Below, piece after piece: positions 23,859 through 33,632 of a stretch of 43,183 nucleotides of DNA. The notes under the pieces are model-generated. The model was not told where the DNA came from and ran no database searches. It saw only the letters and a program-made list of their open reading frames with translations. The position numbers and the translations under genes are program-made. Numbering within the stretch: position 1 is the stretch's first letter; every line of letters begins with the position of its first letter. The DNA comes from an uncultured Verrucomicrobiota bacterium (GTDB taxonomy: Bacteria > Verrucomicrobiota > Verrucomicrobiia > Limisphaerales > UBA9464). The stretch is from the NCBI GenBank assembly GCA_964654875.1, contig CAZZKQ010000001.1, forward strand, positions 1-43,183, given 5' to 3'.

Positions 23859-24395
23859 ATGACCGAGACGATTCACGCCACACCGATGATGCAGGCCATC
23901 GACGAGGCTTCCCGAACGGGAGCCAAGAAGTTCCGCAGCAAGACGCAGCCTCAGGAATGGGGGCTCATCTCACTGCGGGAATGCCCCCTCCCCAGCGAAT
24001 TGAAGGAATGCACCTGCCCTGCCCAAGCTGCCAGCTACTGGAACACCCACGTCCGCTCGAACCCATACTTCAACCCCGAGGTGGAATGCTTTGTGGTTCT
24101 GCTCCTCAACGTCCGCCGCAAGATCAAGGGGCACGTCCTGATCTCCACCGGCCTCATGGACCAGGTGCTCGTCCACCCCCGCGAAACCTTCCGCGCAGCG
24201 GTCATCGCCTCCGCACATTCCATCATCATCATGCACAATCATCCCTCGGGTGAACCCAACCCGTCTGAGGCAGACCTCCGAATCACCCGCGAACTGGTCC
24301 GCTCAGGCCAAGTGCTCCGCATCGAGGTTCTCGACCACGTCATCATTGGCAACGGCAACCATGTCTCTATACGGGAACTGGGCTATTTCAGCTGA
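23859..24395 (+). CDS. radC: RadC-like JAB/JAMM domain protein
   Basis: The JAMM motif is IIMHNHPSGEPNPSEADLRITREL. It is 178 aa from ATG 23859. The 528 nt of upstream open frame are Pro/Arg/Ser-rich and are not considered coding. Confidence 0.9.
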   Translation: MTETIHATPMMQAIDEASRTGAKKFRSKTQPQEWGLISLRECPLPSELKECTCPAQAASYWNTHVRSNPYFNPEVECFVVLLLNVRRKIKGHVLISTGLMDQVLVHPRETFRAAVIASAHSIIIMHNHPSGEPNPSEADLRITRELVRSGQVLRIEVLDHVIIGNGNHVSIRELGYFS

Positions 24396-24926
24396 GGTAT
24401 ACTCCCTTCAAAAATATGAGGAGGGCTTGGTGAGCTTGTTCGTCGCACTGACATTTTTGGTGCCACCTGCATTGAACTGGAGCCATCTATAGGCACTAGT
24501 GCCGAGAATCTGCATTCCATACGGCATTTGGTGCCAAGGATTTTCCGGGATGCGTGGTCAAACAAGGCGATGAAGGACAAGTCTCCATCGCCGTTAACCG
24601 AATCCGCATTAGACTCGCTATTGCGAACAGTACCCACCCCTAAATGGAAAAACACCTACTGGAAGGACTTTCCAGGACGCATTTGGCGTGACTTGAAGCC
24701 AGAACCAGGTGCCCGGTTTTTGAAGCCCCCACAGATACCAAAGATTCCCCGGCAAGGGAGCCGGAAATCCCGTTAGTGAGGTCGATCAAGTTGCCGACTG
24801 GACGCTCGCTATCCTGACAGATATTGCAGATCTCACCGACCCGGATCACACAATCTATCCACGTGGCAGGCATCTTACCCGACATGGCCTACCTGTTTTT
24901 TGAACCAAATTTTGGGCTCGAAAAGT

Positions 24927-26318
24927 TCAGTAGGCGGAGACAGTAACAATCGGACGGGCACGGCTCTTGTTGATGGTAACCTTGAGAGAATGCGTTTTTG
25001 AAACATTCACCCGAAGAATCCTTTTCCATCCTATGGTTGTGGCCGAAAACATCTGCTCACGTCCGTTGGTGTCCACCACAGTAAGTTCAAAATTCTCCAC
25101 CCTTTGCCCTTGGGTAATATCTTCCTGAAGAACGACGTAACGGAGCGACACTGGTTCGTTAAATTGGACCGTTTGCGAGCCGCTGTTATCGGGCAAAACA
25201 TTCATCGGATTGCAGACCGCATTGGTTGAAGCCAGGTGATTGGTCGAAAACAAAGCCTTCAGCGTATCCCCAAACTCCTGGAGCCGCTTTACATCCGGCT
25301 CTGGAATGCGTCCTGAACGGTCGGGGGCGATATTGAGCTGTAGACCGGCGTTTCTGCCCACCGATTCCTCATAAATTCGGACCAATTCGGGTACTGATTT
25401 GATCGTTGACTCGGTATTCGGCTGCCAAAACCAGCCTTGACGCAGGGAAACGTCGGCTACGGCGGGATACCAGTGAAGGTATTTAGCCCCCTCAATTTTC
25501 TCCTGACTGCCCAAATCTTCAGCAGTGAGATCCGGCCAATGATAATCTGATGGACGCTTTGGAATGGGTATGACACTCCACTCGCTTTCGCGCGCTCTCC
25601 CTATTTCGTTTCCGACCCAGCGGACATCGGGACCCCGGATACTGATCACTGCATTAGGCTGTAATTCGCGGATCAACCGGTAGTAGCGTGGAAAATCGTA
25701 TCCTTGCTGGCGACCCGGCGGATTGGCTCCGTCAAAAAACACCTGGCTGATGTCCCCATAACCAGTCAGCAGTTCTCGCAACTGATTGCAGAAGAAATCG
25801 TTGTATTTCCGGCTGTTTCGCCCAAAAGTGGGTTCATGAAGATCGGCTGGAGACAAATACACTCCGAAGGCCATGCCTGCTCTCCGACAGGCGGCGGATA
25901 GTTCCCCGATCACATCACCCTTGCCACCTTTCCATGGCGAATGTTTGACAGAATGTTCGGTGAACTTACTAGGCCACAAGCAGAATCCATCATGATGCTT
26001 GCATACTAGAATTGCAGCCTTTGCGCCAATTGCTCGCGCACTTTCAACCCACTGGACACAGTCCACATCAGATGGGTTGAACAACTTTTGACTCTCGCGG
26101 CCTGTGCCCCATTCTTGTCCGACAAATGTGTTAATTCCAAAGTGAATTAATACTTCAACCTCTAAAGCCTGCCAATTAAGCTGTTGAACAGACGGAGCAG
26201 CATAATAGTTTGCTTCACGCACTCGTCCGACTTGAGCGTGAAGAATCACACTAAAATTTAAAATCGCACTGTAAATAACACGGCACATTTGCAAAATATC
26301 TTTATAATGCCTCATCAT
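24927..26318 (-). CDS. Secreted GH29 alpha-L-fucosidase with a C-terminal F5/8 type C (discoidin)-like domain
   Basis: LIHFGINTFVGQEWGTGRESQKLFNPSDVDCVQWVESARAIGAKAAILVCKHHDGFCLWPS is a GH29 signature region. It has a signal-like N-terminus (a likely alternative start is ATG 26288, MCRVIYSAILNFSVILHAQ). GC is about 45%. Confidence 0.85.
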   Translation of the reverse strand: MMRHYKDILQMCRVIYSAILNFSVILHAQVGRVREANYYAAPSVQQLNWQALEVEVLIHFGINTFVGQEWGTGRESQKLFNPSDVDCVQWVESARAIGAKAAILVCKHHDGFCLWPSKFTEHSVKHSPWKGGKGDVIGELSAACRRAGMAFGVYLSPADLHEPTFGRNSRKYNDFFCNQLRELLTGYGDISQVFFDGANPPGRQQGYDFPRYYRLIRELQPNAVISIRGPDVRWVGNEIGRARESEWSVIPIPKRPSDYHWPDLTAEDLGSQEKIEGAKYLHWYPAVADVSLRQGWFWQPNTESTIKSVPELVRIYEESVGRNAGLQLNIAPDRSGRIPEPDVKRLQEFGDTLKALFSTNHLASTNAVCNPMNVLPDNSGSQTVQFNEPVSLRYVVLQEDITQGQRVENFELTVVDTNGREQMFSATTIGWKRILRVNVSKTHSLKVTINKSRARPIVTVSAY

Positions 26319-26910
26319 GCATAAACTCAGGCATGATTATCAATCCGCATATGACAGCAACAGCCAGTTCAACCAATTTTAAATCACACTTAACCTCCGC
26401 GTCACACCTAAAATAGCGACCTATCATTCTACCACAATTCACAAACTCTTTCGGAAGACACAATGGATTTTTTTCCGGAAAGTCATATCGCGCTTCGTTA
26501 AAGATACCGCTGACACCGGGAATTCCTTCAACAGTTAATGGTGATACCAAATTAGATCGATACTTTCTATCAACCACCACAGTGAATTTAGGCGATTGAT
26601 TGTAGAAAGTTAAAAAAGGTGCCTTACCAAACCGCACCAACTGAAAAGTGGCGACCTCTCGGTTTTTCGCTGAGACCTTTCCGTCAAGGTATTTGGGTGC
26701 AAAAAATCTTCGAATGCCTTTTCGCTCGTTCAGAGAACGCTCGGCCAGCACGTTTAATTCCTCGTCACAATATTTGCACGCAATGCTATACCGGTCTGGG
26801 AAATAGTCTAAATACTGCCCTGTCAACACGTCCGTGCTTCCGGATTCGTGACAAAGCAAGAGCGAGAACTTCCTCTGCGCAGTAAACGTCAGATATATGT
26901 CCGTAACCAT
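26302..26910 (-). CDS. Hypothetical protein, candidate immunity protein for the Rhs-2 C-terminal domain
   Basis: It is the first gene downstream of Rhs-2, low GC, with no signal peptide. It is 202 aa from ATG 26910 (the ORF-track start at 26979 is a TTG that overlaps the rhs stop). No motif recognised. Confidence 0.55.
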   Translation of the reverse strand: MVTDIYLTFTAQRKFSLLLCHESGSTDVLTGQYLDYFPDRYSIACKYCDEELNVLAERSLNERKGIRRFFAPKYLDGKVSAKNREVATFQLVRFGKAPFLTFYNQSPKFTVVVDRKYRSNLVSPLTVEGIPGVSGIFNEARYDFPEKNPLCLPKEFVNCGRMIGRYFRCDAEVKCDLKLVELAVAVICGLIIMPEFMHDEAL

Positions 26911-26962
26911 CTTGCGTTTAAATTTCACCCACGCTTTAATGCCACATAAAGAGTTGCTCGAT

Positions 26963-29900
26963 TTATTCGCTGCCAGCAAGGTTTATTGTATGAACATATT
27001 CGTATGAATTTCCGATTACTGGGACAACGAAAAATAGGGACACATCTGCTTGAAATCCAACTCTCATAACAAAATCCACTTTATACTTCCAAGGTGTCCA
27101 GTAGCAACCATTGTTTAAATCGCACTTAAATGTGCTTTGAAATGTACCCATTAACTCTGCATTCCCATATATCGTCGGGGCCTTTTTGAGCCAGCGAGGT
27201 TTGATCGAAGATATTCGAGCGCCAGCCGAGAGAGACACTTTTCTAATGCCGTGCCCCGACCATCTGTTCTGGCAGTAATCATATTTCAGCTGAAAGCCCA
27301 TGGCACCACTTCCCTGCACCCGCCCAGTTACTCTTGCAAATTCCCGTAGGAGTCTAAGCGGGCCTGGGAAGAAAAAGCTCGCTTCAACTTCCCCTTCAAT
27401 TGCTAGTTGAGCCTGCCCTGTGGTCTCAATGTCTGCCCCCTCTCCTCGCATGGTGCAGCATACGTGACAATATTTACCTTCAACCCGTCCTTGGCTTCTC
27501 AGTCGGAAATCAAACCCCGTCCAGTCGGACAGACTATCAAGAATCTTAGGTTTTTCAAAATCCCATGTTCTACGAAATGAATCGCAGTGTTTTAACAATC
27601 CTAACTCATCTAGTGACCCGATTGAATCATTGTTAACAAATGCATATATTGCGATACCTCCATTCTCTTCAATTGGATCTCGCGAGAGCCAGCGTCCAGT
27701 GGATGGTGAAAAATAGCGATAACCGTAATAGAGAAAACCGGATTCTTTTTCAGTATATTTGGTGGAAAACCCAAATGGATTTTGAACTGCAACTACCCCA
27801 GTCTCACGGATACGTTCTCCAAAGGGGCCATACTCGTAGGTCGCGGATGGAATAGCAGACGCTCCATCGACTAGAAGTATCACGTTGCCGTTACCGTCAC
27901 AGGCTGAGAAATGCAGAGTTCCAGAACCAGTGTTTACCGCGAGTAGCCCGCCGGTCCCGCCCGCACCACGAAATGTTTCGCTTATATCGTATCCCCAAAG
28001 ATACGATCGTATTATGGTACTGCTGCTATCTAGTTCGGCCATGAGGTTCCAACCATCGTAGAGGAACTTAAGATCGGTAGCAGGCGAACCGGTGCCACTT
28101 GTATTGTTCCAACCCTTTTTGCGGACACGTCGGCTATTCCCGTCATACTCGAAATCCAGCCGCTGCTGCGGACCGACCGCCGTGGCGGCAACCATGCGTA
28201 TGAGACGGTTTTCGGCATCCCAAGTGTAGTTCCAGCGTCCGTCACGGAGTTGGTTGCCGTCGGCATCGTAGCCTTCGTTGACCGTCGAGGTGGCCGGATC
28301 GTCATACAGTTCCGGCGTCTTGGGCACGTACAGGTTACCAGTGCTGGTGGTGCTGCTGGCCCCGTTGACGGCCTGGATGGAAAGCGACTGCCAGACCGGA
28401 TTGGAACCGTTGCTGACGCTGACCTCCTTCCAAAAATACTCTCCCCGTTCGTAGGCCGCAGCGCTGTTGACGGTCACTGTCGCGGCACCCTCCGCAAGGC
28501 CATTCACTTGAACAACACCGGGAACGGTCCGGCTGACATACTGGTTGAGCAGGTTTGGAGTGTAGGTGGCCGACTGGAGGTTCTGGCCGTTGGCATCGCC
28601 GCCAAACTTCGCAGACAGGCGGTTGCCGATGGTATCGAAACCGTATTCAAACTGCTGGCCGGCGACGGGAGTCCCGTCCAGCCAGTAGCGTCGTCCTGAC
28701 GTTACCTGCCCCAAGGAGTCATATTGGTAAAGCCAATAGCTGCCGTCGTTCAGCGTCACGCGGGTGCGCTGGTTCGTATCGTTATAGGCATAGCTGAACG
28801 AAACCGGCATCTGCCCGCTGCCAGCCGGGGTAGCCTGTGTGTCAATCAGCCGCTCCAAGCGGTCGTAATTGCGGCTGACCGTGAGCCGGGTGGTCGTGCT
28901 CTGCTTGGAGGTAATCGTGCTGATGAGGCGCGAGTTGGCATGGTAGGCGTAAGTGGATGAATAGCTGCCATCGGTGACCGATTGCAGGCGACCCGCTGTG
29001 TCGTAGGCATAGCTTTGGCTGATGGTCGTGGACGTGTTCGCTCCCAGCGAATTGCGCCGCAGATAGCCGTCGTAGCCCACCGTCACCGTCAGTCCGCTCA
29101 ACGTGCCACCGCTGTAACCTTCCCCGGTGAATAATCCCGCATCGTTGAAGTTGTGTGTGGTCGTTGAGGCCGCTGAGGCGGTGTCGTTGAGAATGGTGGG
29201 GGAGGAGGTTCCGGACGTGTAGAGCTTGGTGGTCGTGCGTCGTCCGCGCCGGTCATAGTTATACCGCAGCGGCTGGGTTTCGGCGTCGTTGGAGTAGATC
29301 ACGGCCGCCAGGTCGCCATGCTGGTCGTTGGTCACGGTATCGTCGAAGCCGTAGTGATAGGTGGTGAGGATGCGGTTGCCCCCGGTGCCATTGCGCGCCC
29401 ATTTCCGCGTTTTGAGCCGTCCGGAGTTGGAATAGGTATATTCGGTGCCCACCGACTGGCCGTGATATACCTTACTTTCCAACCATCCGCGGGTGCTGTG
29501 GTAGTTCCAAGTGGTGGTGGCCGCCCCACTGCTGCTGCCAAAGTTCTGCCACGTCACCATCGTCTTCATCCGGCCCTGGTCATCATAGGTATATTCCACC
29601 GGATAAGTCCGGGTGCCCCAGGTTTTCTTGAGCAGTCCGGTAGGGAAATATTGATTGTTCACCATCCCGCCATCCGGCAGAGAGACTGTTTCCACCTGCA
29701 GGGACGCGTTGTAAGTGTTGATGGTGGTTTGAGCCGCATGACCATTACCGGGAGCCGGCGTCGTCACCGATGCGATCAAGTCCGCCCAGTTGTAGGTCTG
29801 GGTGGTAGTTCCGTTGCGTGCATCCGTCTGGGTGCTCTGCCGGCCGTGCGTGTCGTAGCCAACGGTCACCGAAGTCACTTGGGAACTTCCGGATGTATAG

Positions 29901-32452
29901 GACTTGACGCTGGTCAAACGACCGCCGGTGAAAGTCTGTACCACGTAGGAGAGATCGGGGGCGGTGGTCCTGACCGTCCGTGTGGTTCCCGGAGTCGTCA
30001 GCGTCACTGTGGTCACAGGGGTGCTTTGATCCTTGTAGCTCACTGCCCAACGTTGCAGACCGGAAAGGGCTTCATCCACCGTGCTAACCAAGGCCGTGCT
30101 CGCCGAATTGACTGCGGTCCACACCCTAGTCTCCGTGCGTCGAATGGGCATGCCCCGACCGTTGCCAGCAGCGCCGGTATCCAAGTAAGTCACAAGTGTT
30201 TGTGTTACGCGATCCGGACCCGACTGCCCTGCATCGTAATTATCAACGTAGCTGTCCTGATCCAGATCCACCGCAGTGACGACCAGTTGTCCCTGGCCAT
30301 CGTAGCGGAACAACTGAGTGACCCCATCGGCGTCCACCTCCTTGGCCTTCTGGCCGTAGCCGTTGTAGTAAGTGTAGGCAGCTACCGAGCCGGGCCAGAT
30401 CACCTTCACCGGCCGTCCCGCTCCATCCTGGCACTGGGTTACCGTCTCACCCGTGTCCGTACCGTTGGCTAGCAGCTTGATCTGTTGCGTTGAACGCAGC
30501 GACCGGGTGGAACCGTTATAACTGGTGCTGGTGACACCGTACACATAGCGCACAAGGGACACCGCAGTTCCGGTCGTTCGCTCCGTTCTGCCGTCCGCCA
30601 GAAACCTGTCAACACGGGTTCCTCCGTCGGGATTGGTCTGCGTAACCTGGTCGAAATTGCCGGTGACTTTGGTTCGGGCAAAGGAGGTGACCCCGTAGAG
30701 AGTTGCCGAGAGGAAGTTGGTTTCCTTGGTTTTAAAACCGGTGGTGTCGTATCCATAGCCCTTTTGGCTGATGGTTGACGAATCAGTCCCGATTCGCCCT
30801 TCCTCAACCACCCTATCAGCCGCATCCAGAACTGTGAAACTGGTCACATTGTAACGGACCACGATGGTCTGACGCCCCAACGCATCATAGTCAAACGAGG
30901 TGACCGTGCCGTCCTTGTCGGTCTGGCTCGCAAGCCCACAGCAGGCATAGGTGGCCGTCTTGTAGAGACCGTCCAAGTAGTCAAAACGCTGGGGGCGACC
31001 GAAATCCTCAAAATTGCTGGCAACAGTGCTTTCAACCAATGGACCGACACTGCTGCCCTGAATGGCCCATTTTTTATGTGACTTCAAGATGCCGGTCGGC
31101 GAGTAAACATCTTCTACTCGGAAGCCTTCGGCGACCGTCCACCCGCTGCCGTCATGCTGCCCGGAATCGGCCACTGTGGTCTTGGTGCCATCCACATCGA
31201 TTGTGGTGGTTGGCAACCAAACGGTACCATCCTGGCTGACACGGCGCAGCACGATGGTGGTGTCATAATCATACTCGACCACCGATTCCAATTTGTCCGA
31301 TTCGCTTGCCAGTGCGGTGATCGAGGTGAGTGGATTTGGGCAGGTGACCATCCTGTGATAGGCAGGGGCGTACACATGGTACGTCCTGCCTACCAAGGTC
31401 CCCTTCCAAAACTCCTCTATTTTCCTCGGACTGTCCGGCTCACGATCCAAAGTATCATCAGCGTGCTGTGCGGCGTAGGAATAGGTCACCCGCCGGGCGA
31501 GGCTGGCGGTAGTTGTGGGCAATGAATCAATCCCGTGTAGCTCGGAGGTCACCCGCCCGCTGGCGTCATAGCTCTCCACGAGCCGCCATGAACCATCAGC
31601 CAGTTCTTCTGTGTAGATGGGGGGGGTGGAACTCGTCGGGGAAAACGGCAGCCCACTGGTGTAATAACTCCAACGATTGGTACGGACATCGCTGCCGACC
31701 CCTTCCACCTCCTGCAGCATGACTGTGCCCCAGGAAAGGTTGGTAAATACCTGACTACGCTGCGCAATAGTTGTCCCGGCGCCATCTTTGTAACGTTTGA
31801 TCAACGTCCAGGCTGTGGGGGCGTGGTTGGTCGAAATTAAGTCCACAGAACCGATACTAGTCGGCAAGGTCAGCGTCCATCCCGATATGCCATTACTATA
31901 GGCGAACAGCCATTCCGCGCTGGTCCCCGTATCCCGGACCTTGACCCGATTGTTGGCACTGCTGGTGTCTGGGTTTTCAATGGTAAATTCACGAAGCAGA
32001 TAGGCAGAACTCGAATTCACAGCATAGCGGCCACCGCTCAAAGAGCCTTTAGCTGCAAGCTTCATAATACGGAAAGTATATTTGTAGGATGTGTTGACGC
32101 TGATGTTAATGAACACACGAGGCGTCACGATCTGGGCAAAACGACCGGAGCTGTCATAGACCACTTCCAATTCGGACGAGGTGATATCACCCTCGAACTG
32201 CAATCCAGCAGGATCACCCAATAGGTTAGAACCCTCGGTACTGCGAAGCACCAGTGCCCCCAAATGCGATTGCATGTCGCCGGGACCAAGATCCGCCCTG
32301 AACAGGGTGCCCACGTCAATTTCACCGGTGCTGTTACCCGTGCCGCAGGAACCGCAGCCGCCAACGGCCAAAGGCACGCCCCACCCTGGGATTTCGCCCG
32401 CATGTGCTGTGTGGAGAGTCCAGACTGCGAAAAATAATAGGAGCCACTTCAT
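26963..32452 (-). CDS. rhs: RHS/YD-repeat polymorphic toxin (Rhs-2) with a Sec signal peptide and a 210-aa unclassified C-terminal domain
   Basis: The signal peptide is MKWLLLFFAVWTLHTAHA. There are many YD repeats. The core ends YRYFSPSTGRWLSRDPIEENGGIAIYAFVNNDSIGSLDELGL. The tip (26966-27595) is low GC and beta-rich. Confidence 0.9.
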   Translation of the reverse strand: MKWLLLFFAVWTLHTAHAGEIPGWGVPLAVGGCGSCGTGNSTGEIDVGTLFRADLGPGDMQSHLGALVLRSTEGSNLLGDPAGLQFEGDITSSELEVVYDSSGRFAQIVTPRVFINISVNTSYKYTFRIMKLAAKGSLSGGRYAVNSSSAYLLREFTIENPDTSSANNRVKVRDTGTSAEWLFAYSNGISGWTLTLPTSIGSVDLISTNHAPTAWTLIKRYKDGAGTTIAQRSQVFTNLSWGTVMLQEVEGVGSDVRTNRWSYYTSGLPFSPTSSTPPIYTEELADGSWRLVESYDASGRVTSELHGIDSLPTTTASLARRVTYSYAAQHADDTLDREPDSPRKIEEFWKGTLVGRTYHVYAPAYHRMVTCPNPLTSITALASESDKLESVVEYDYDTTIVLRRVSQDGTVWLPTTTIDVDGTKTTVADSGQHDGSGWTVAEGFRVEDVYSPTGILKSHKKWAIQGSSVGPLVESTVASNFEDFGRPQRFDYLDGLYKTATYACCGLASQTDKDGTVTSFDYDALGRQTIVVRYNVTSFTVLDAADRVVEEGRIGTDSSTISQKGYGYDTTGFKTKETNFLSATLYGVTSFARTKVTGNFDQVTQTNPDGGTRVDRFLADGRTERTTGTAVSLVRYVYGVTSTSYNGSTRSLRSTQQIKLLANGTDTGETVTQCQDGAGRPVKVIWPGSVAAYTYYNGYGQKAKEVDADGVTQLFRYDGQGQLVVTAVDLDQDSYVDNYDAGQSGPDRVTQTLVTYLDTGAAGNGRGMPIRRTETRVWTAVNSASTALVSTVDEALSGLQRWAVSYKDQSTPVTTVTLTTPGTTRTVRTTAPDLSYVVQTFTGGRLTSVKSYTSGSSQVTSVTVGYDTHGRQSTQTDARNGTTTQTYNWADLIASVTTPAPGNGHAAQTTINTYNASLQVETVSLPDGGMVNNQYFPTGLLKKTWGTRTYPVEYTYDDQGRMKTMVTWQNFGSSSGAATTTWNYHSTRGWLESKVYHGQSVGTEYTYSNSGRLKTRKWARNGTGGNRILTTYHYGFDDTVTNDQHGDLAAVIYSNDAETQPLRYNYDRRGRRTTTKLYTSGTSSPTILNDTASAASTTTHNFNDAGLFTGEGYSGGTLSGLTVTVGYDGYLRRNSLGANTSTTISQSYAYDTAGRLQSVTDGSYSSTYAYHANSRLISTITSKQSTTTRLTVSRNYDRLERLIDTQATPAGSGQMPVSFSYAYNDTNQRTRVTLNDGSYWLYQYDSLGQVTSGRRYWLDGTPVAGQQFEYGFDTIGNRLSAKFGGDANGQNLQSATYTPNLLNQYVSRTVPGVVQVNGLAEGAATVTVNSAAAYERGEYFWKEVSVSNGSNPVWQSLSIQAVNGASSTTSTGNLYVPKTPELYDDPATSTVNEGYDADGNQLRDGRWNYTWDAENRLIRMVAATAVGPQQRLDFEYDGNSRRVRKKGWNNTSGTGSPATDLKFLYDGWNLMAELDSSSTIIRSYLWGYDISETFRGAGGTGGLLAVNTGSGTLHFSACDGNGNVILLVDGASAIPSATYEYGPFGERIRETGVVAVQNPFGFSTKYTEKESGFLYYGYRYFSPSTGRWLSRDPIEENGGIAIYAFVNNDSIGSLDELGLLKHCDSFRRTWDFEKPKILDSLSDWTGFDFRLRSQGRVEGKYCHVCCTMRGEGADIETTGQAQLAIEGEVEASFFFPGPLRLLREFARVTGRVQGSGAMGFQLKYDYCQNRWSGHGIRKVSLSAGARISSIKPRWLKKAPTIYGNAELMGTFQSTFKCDLNNGCYWTPWKYKVDFVMRVGFQADVSLFFVVPVIGNSYEYVHTINLAGSE

Positions 32453-32487
32453 TTTCAGCGGTATAGATTGGTTTGAAAGTCCCCTTT

Positions 32488-33543
32488 TTAGTCCTCAACC
32501 TCAATTCTCACACCAACGAGAGCCTTGCTATAGCTGTAACTGCAGGCCTCTGATTCCTTGAACTCCAGCGGTTCACCGCTTTTACCTGGATAATACCATT
32601 CCGTCTGATCCGACCCCGATGCGAAACGCGTTTCCTCAGAAGGAGATGACTTTCCATTAATCGTCTCGACCCACTTCAAGGTAATCTTTAATTTATCATC
32701 AGATGTTGTACCGGTGATTTTTATCCTCCACTTTGCCTGCAGGCAGGAAGCTGTGCTGGAATAGTTGTTTAGACTTAGGCTAGCAATAGCACTTCCTCCA
32801 CACCCCCCGCAGGCGTCAAACGATTTCGTATTCAGGGAGGTCTCGGCGCACTGCCTCGCCTCGTCAATAATCTCCTTCGTCGTATACTCGTCCTGATATC
32901 CAGGGTCACTGGACGATGTTTCCTTCAGGATTCCCCAAGACTCCAGTTTTCCAACCGCATCAAGTATCTGGTAGTTATAAATTGTAGTTGTGCTCGTTAC
33001 CCCACAAGTATCTGTTGTAGTCGTGGAGCTGATCTGCGTGTAACCCGGGTCACTTGAGTTTGGACACTGGAAACTACAATTCCCAGTAACGGTAGACTGC
33101 CCATTATCAGTAACCGTCACCTGCCGGCAGGATGAATTCTCCCATTTCACATCGGTGTAATTCCAGGTTCGCTGTTGCTGCGAGATAACCTCCGTGCTGT
33201 CGGCAGTCCCAGTAAGCGTGACCGTAGATGCACAGTTAGCCGGGTCCGCCTTGATGTTAAAAGAGAAGTTAGAGCCACCAACCGTCGAGACAGTCAGTTT
33301 TTTCCGATTCACCTTGTTCGCATGCGGCGAACTATTACGTGTAAATATGGTTGAATCGCACTTGGATAAAGTATTAGCATTTGAAGTGCGATAATATTTT
33401 GTATCACAACCCGAACCACAGGAGAAACCAAGCTTACTTACCGACCCAGTTCCTGTTAGAGCCTCTATCTCGCATTGTGGACATCCAGCCGACAACTTTT
33501 CACCTCCCGCGAAAAGGCTGCTAACCAATAATAGCGGAGTCAC
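32488..33543 (-). CDS. Cys-rich secreted hypothetical protein (about 20 Cys), start ambiguous
   Basis: The 351-codon frame begins at GTG 33543. An ATG at 33604 with a good signal peptide would be in frame if the A8 tract at 33580-33587 were A7. It is low GC and lies between the beta-helix protein gene and Rhs-2. Confidence 0.6.
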   Translation of the reverse strand: MTPLLLVSSLFAGGEKLSAGCPQCEIEALTGTGSVSKLGFSCGSGCDTKYYRTSNANTLSKCDSTIFTRNSSPHANKVNRKKLTVSTVGGSNFSFNIKADPANCASTVTLTGTADSTEVISQQQRTWNYTDVKWENSSCRQVTVTDNGQSTVTGNCSFQCPNSSDPGYTQISSTTTTDTCGVTSTTTIYNYQILDAVGKLESWGILKETSSSDPGYQDEYTTKEIIDEARQCAETSLNTKSFDACGGCGGSAIASLSLNNYSSTASCLQAKWRIKITGTTSDDKLKITLKWVETINGKSSPSEETRFASGSDQTEWYYPGKSGEPLEFKESEACSYSYSKALVGVRIEVED

Positions 33544-33632
33544 TAAATGGAGAATTTTATTAAGCCCCGCGAATGATTGTTTTTTTTGATTGGGGGTTAT
33601 TCATCTTACTAAGAGTCCATTGATTTTCTGTA

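Noticed and set aside
24396-24926. Two overlapping ~80-aa ORFs (24528-24776 plus strand, 24640-24885 minus strand) in the RadC-fucosidase intergenic region
   Set aside because: They are mutually exclusive and have no motifs or convincing start signals. I left the region unannotated.
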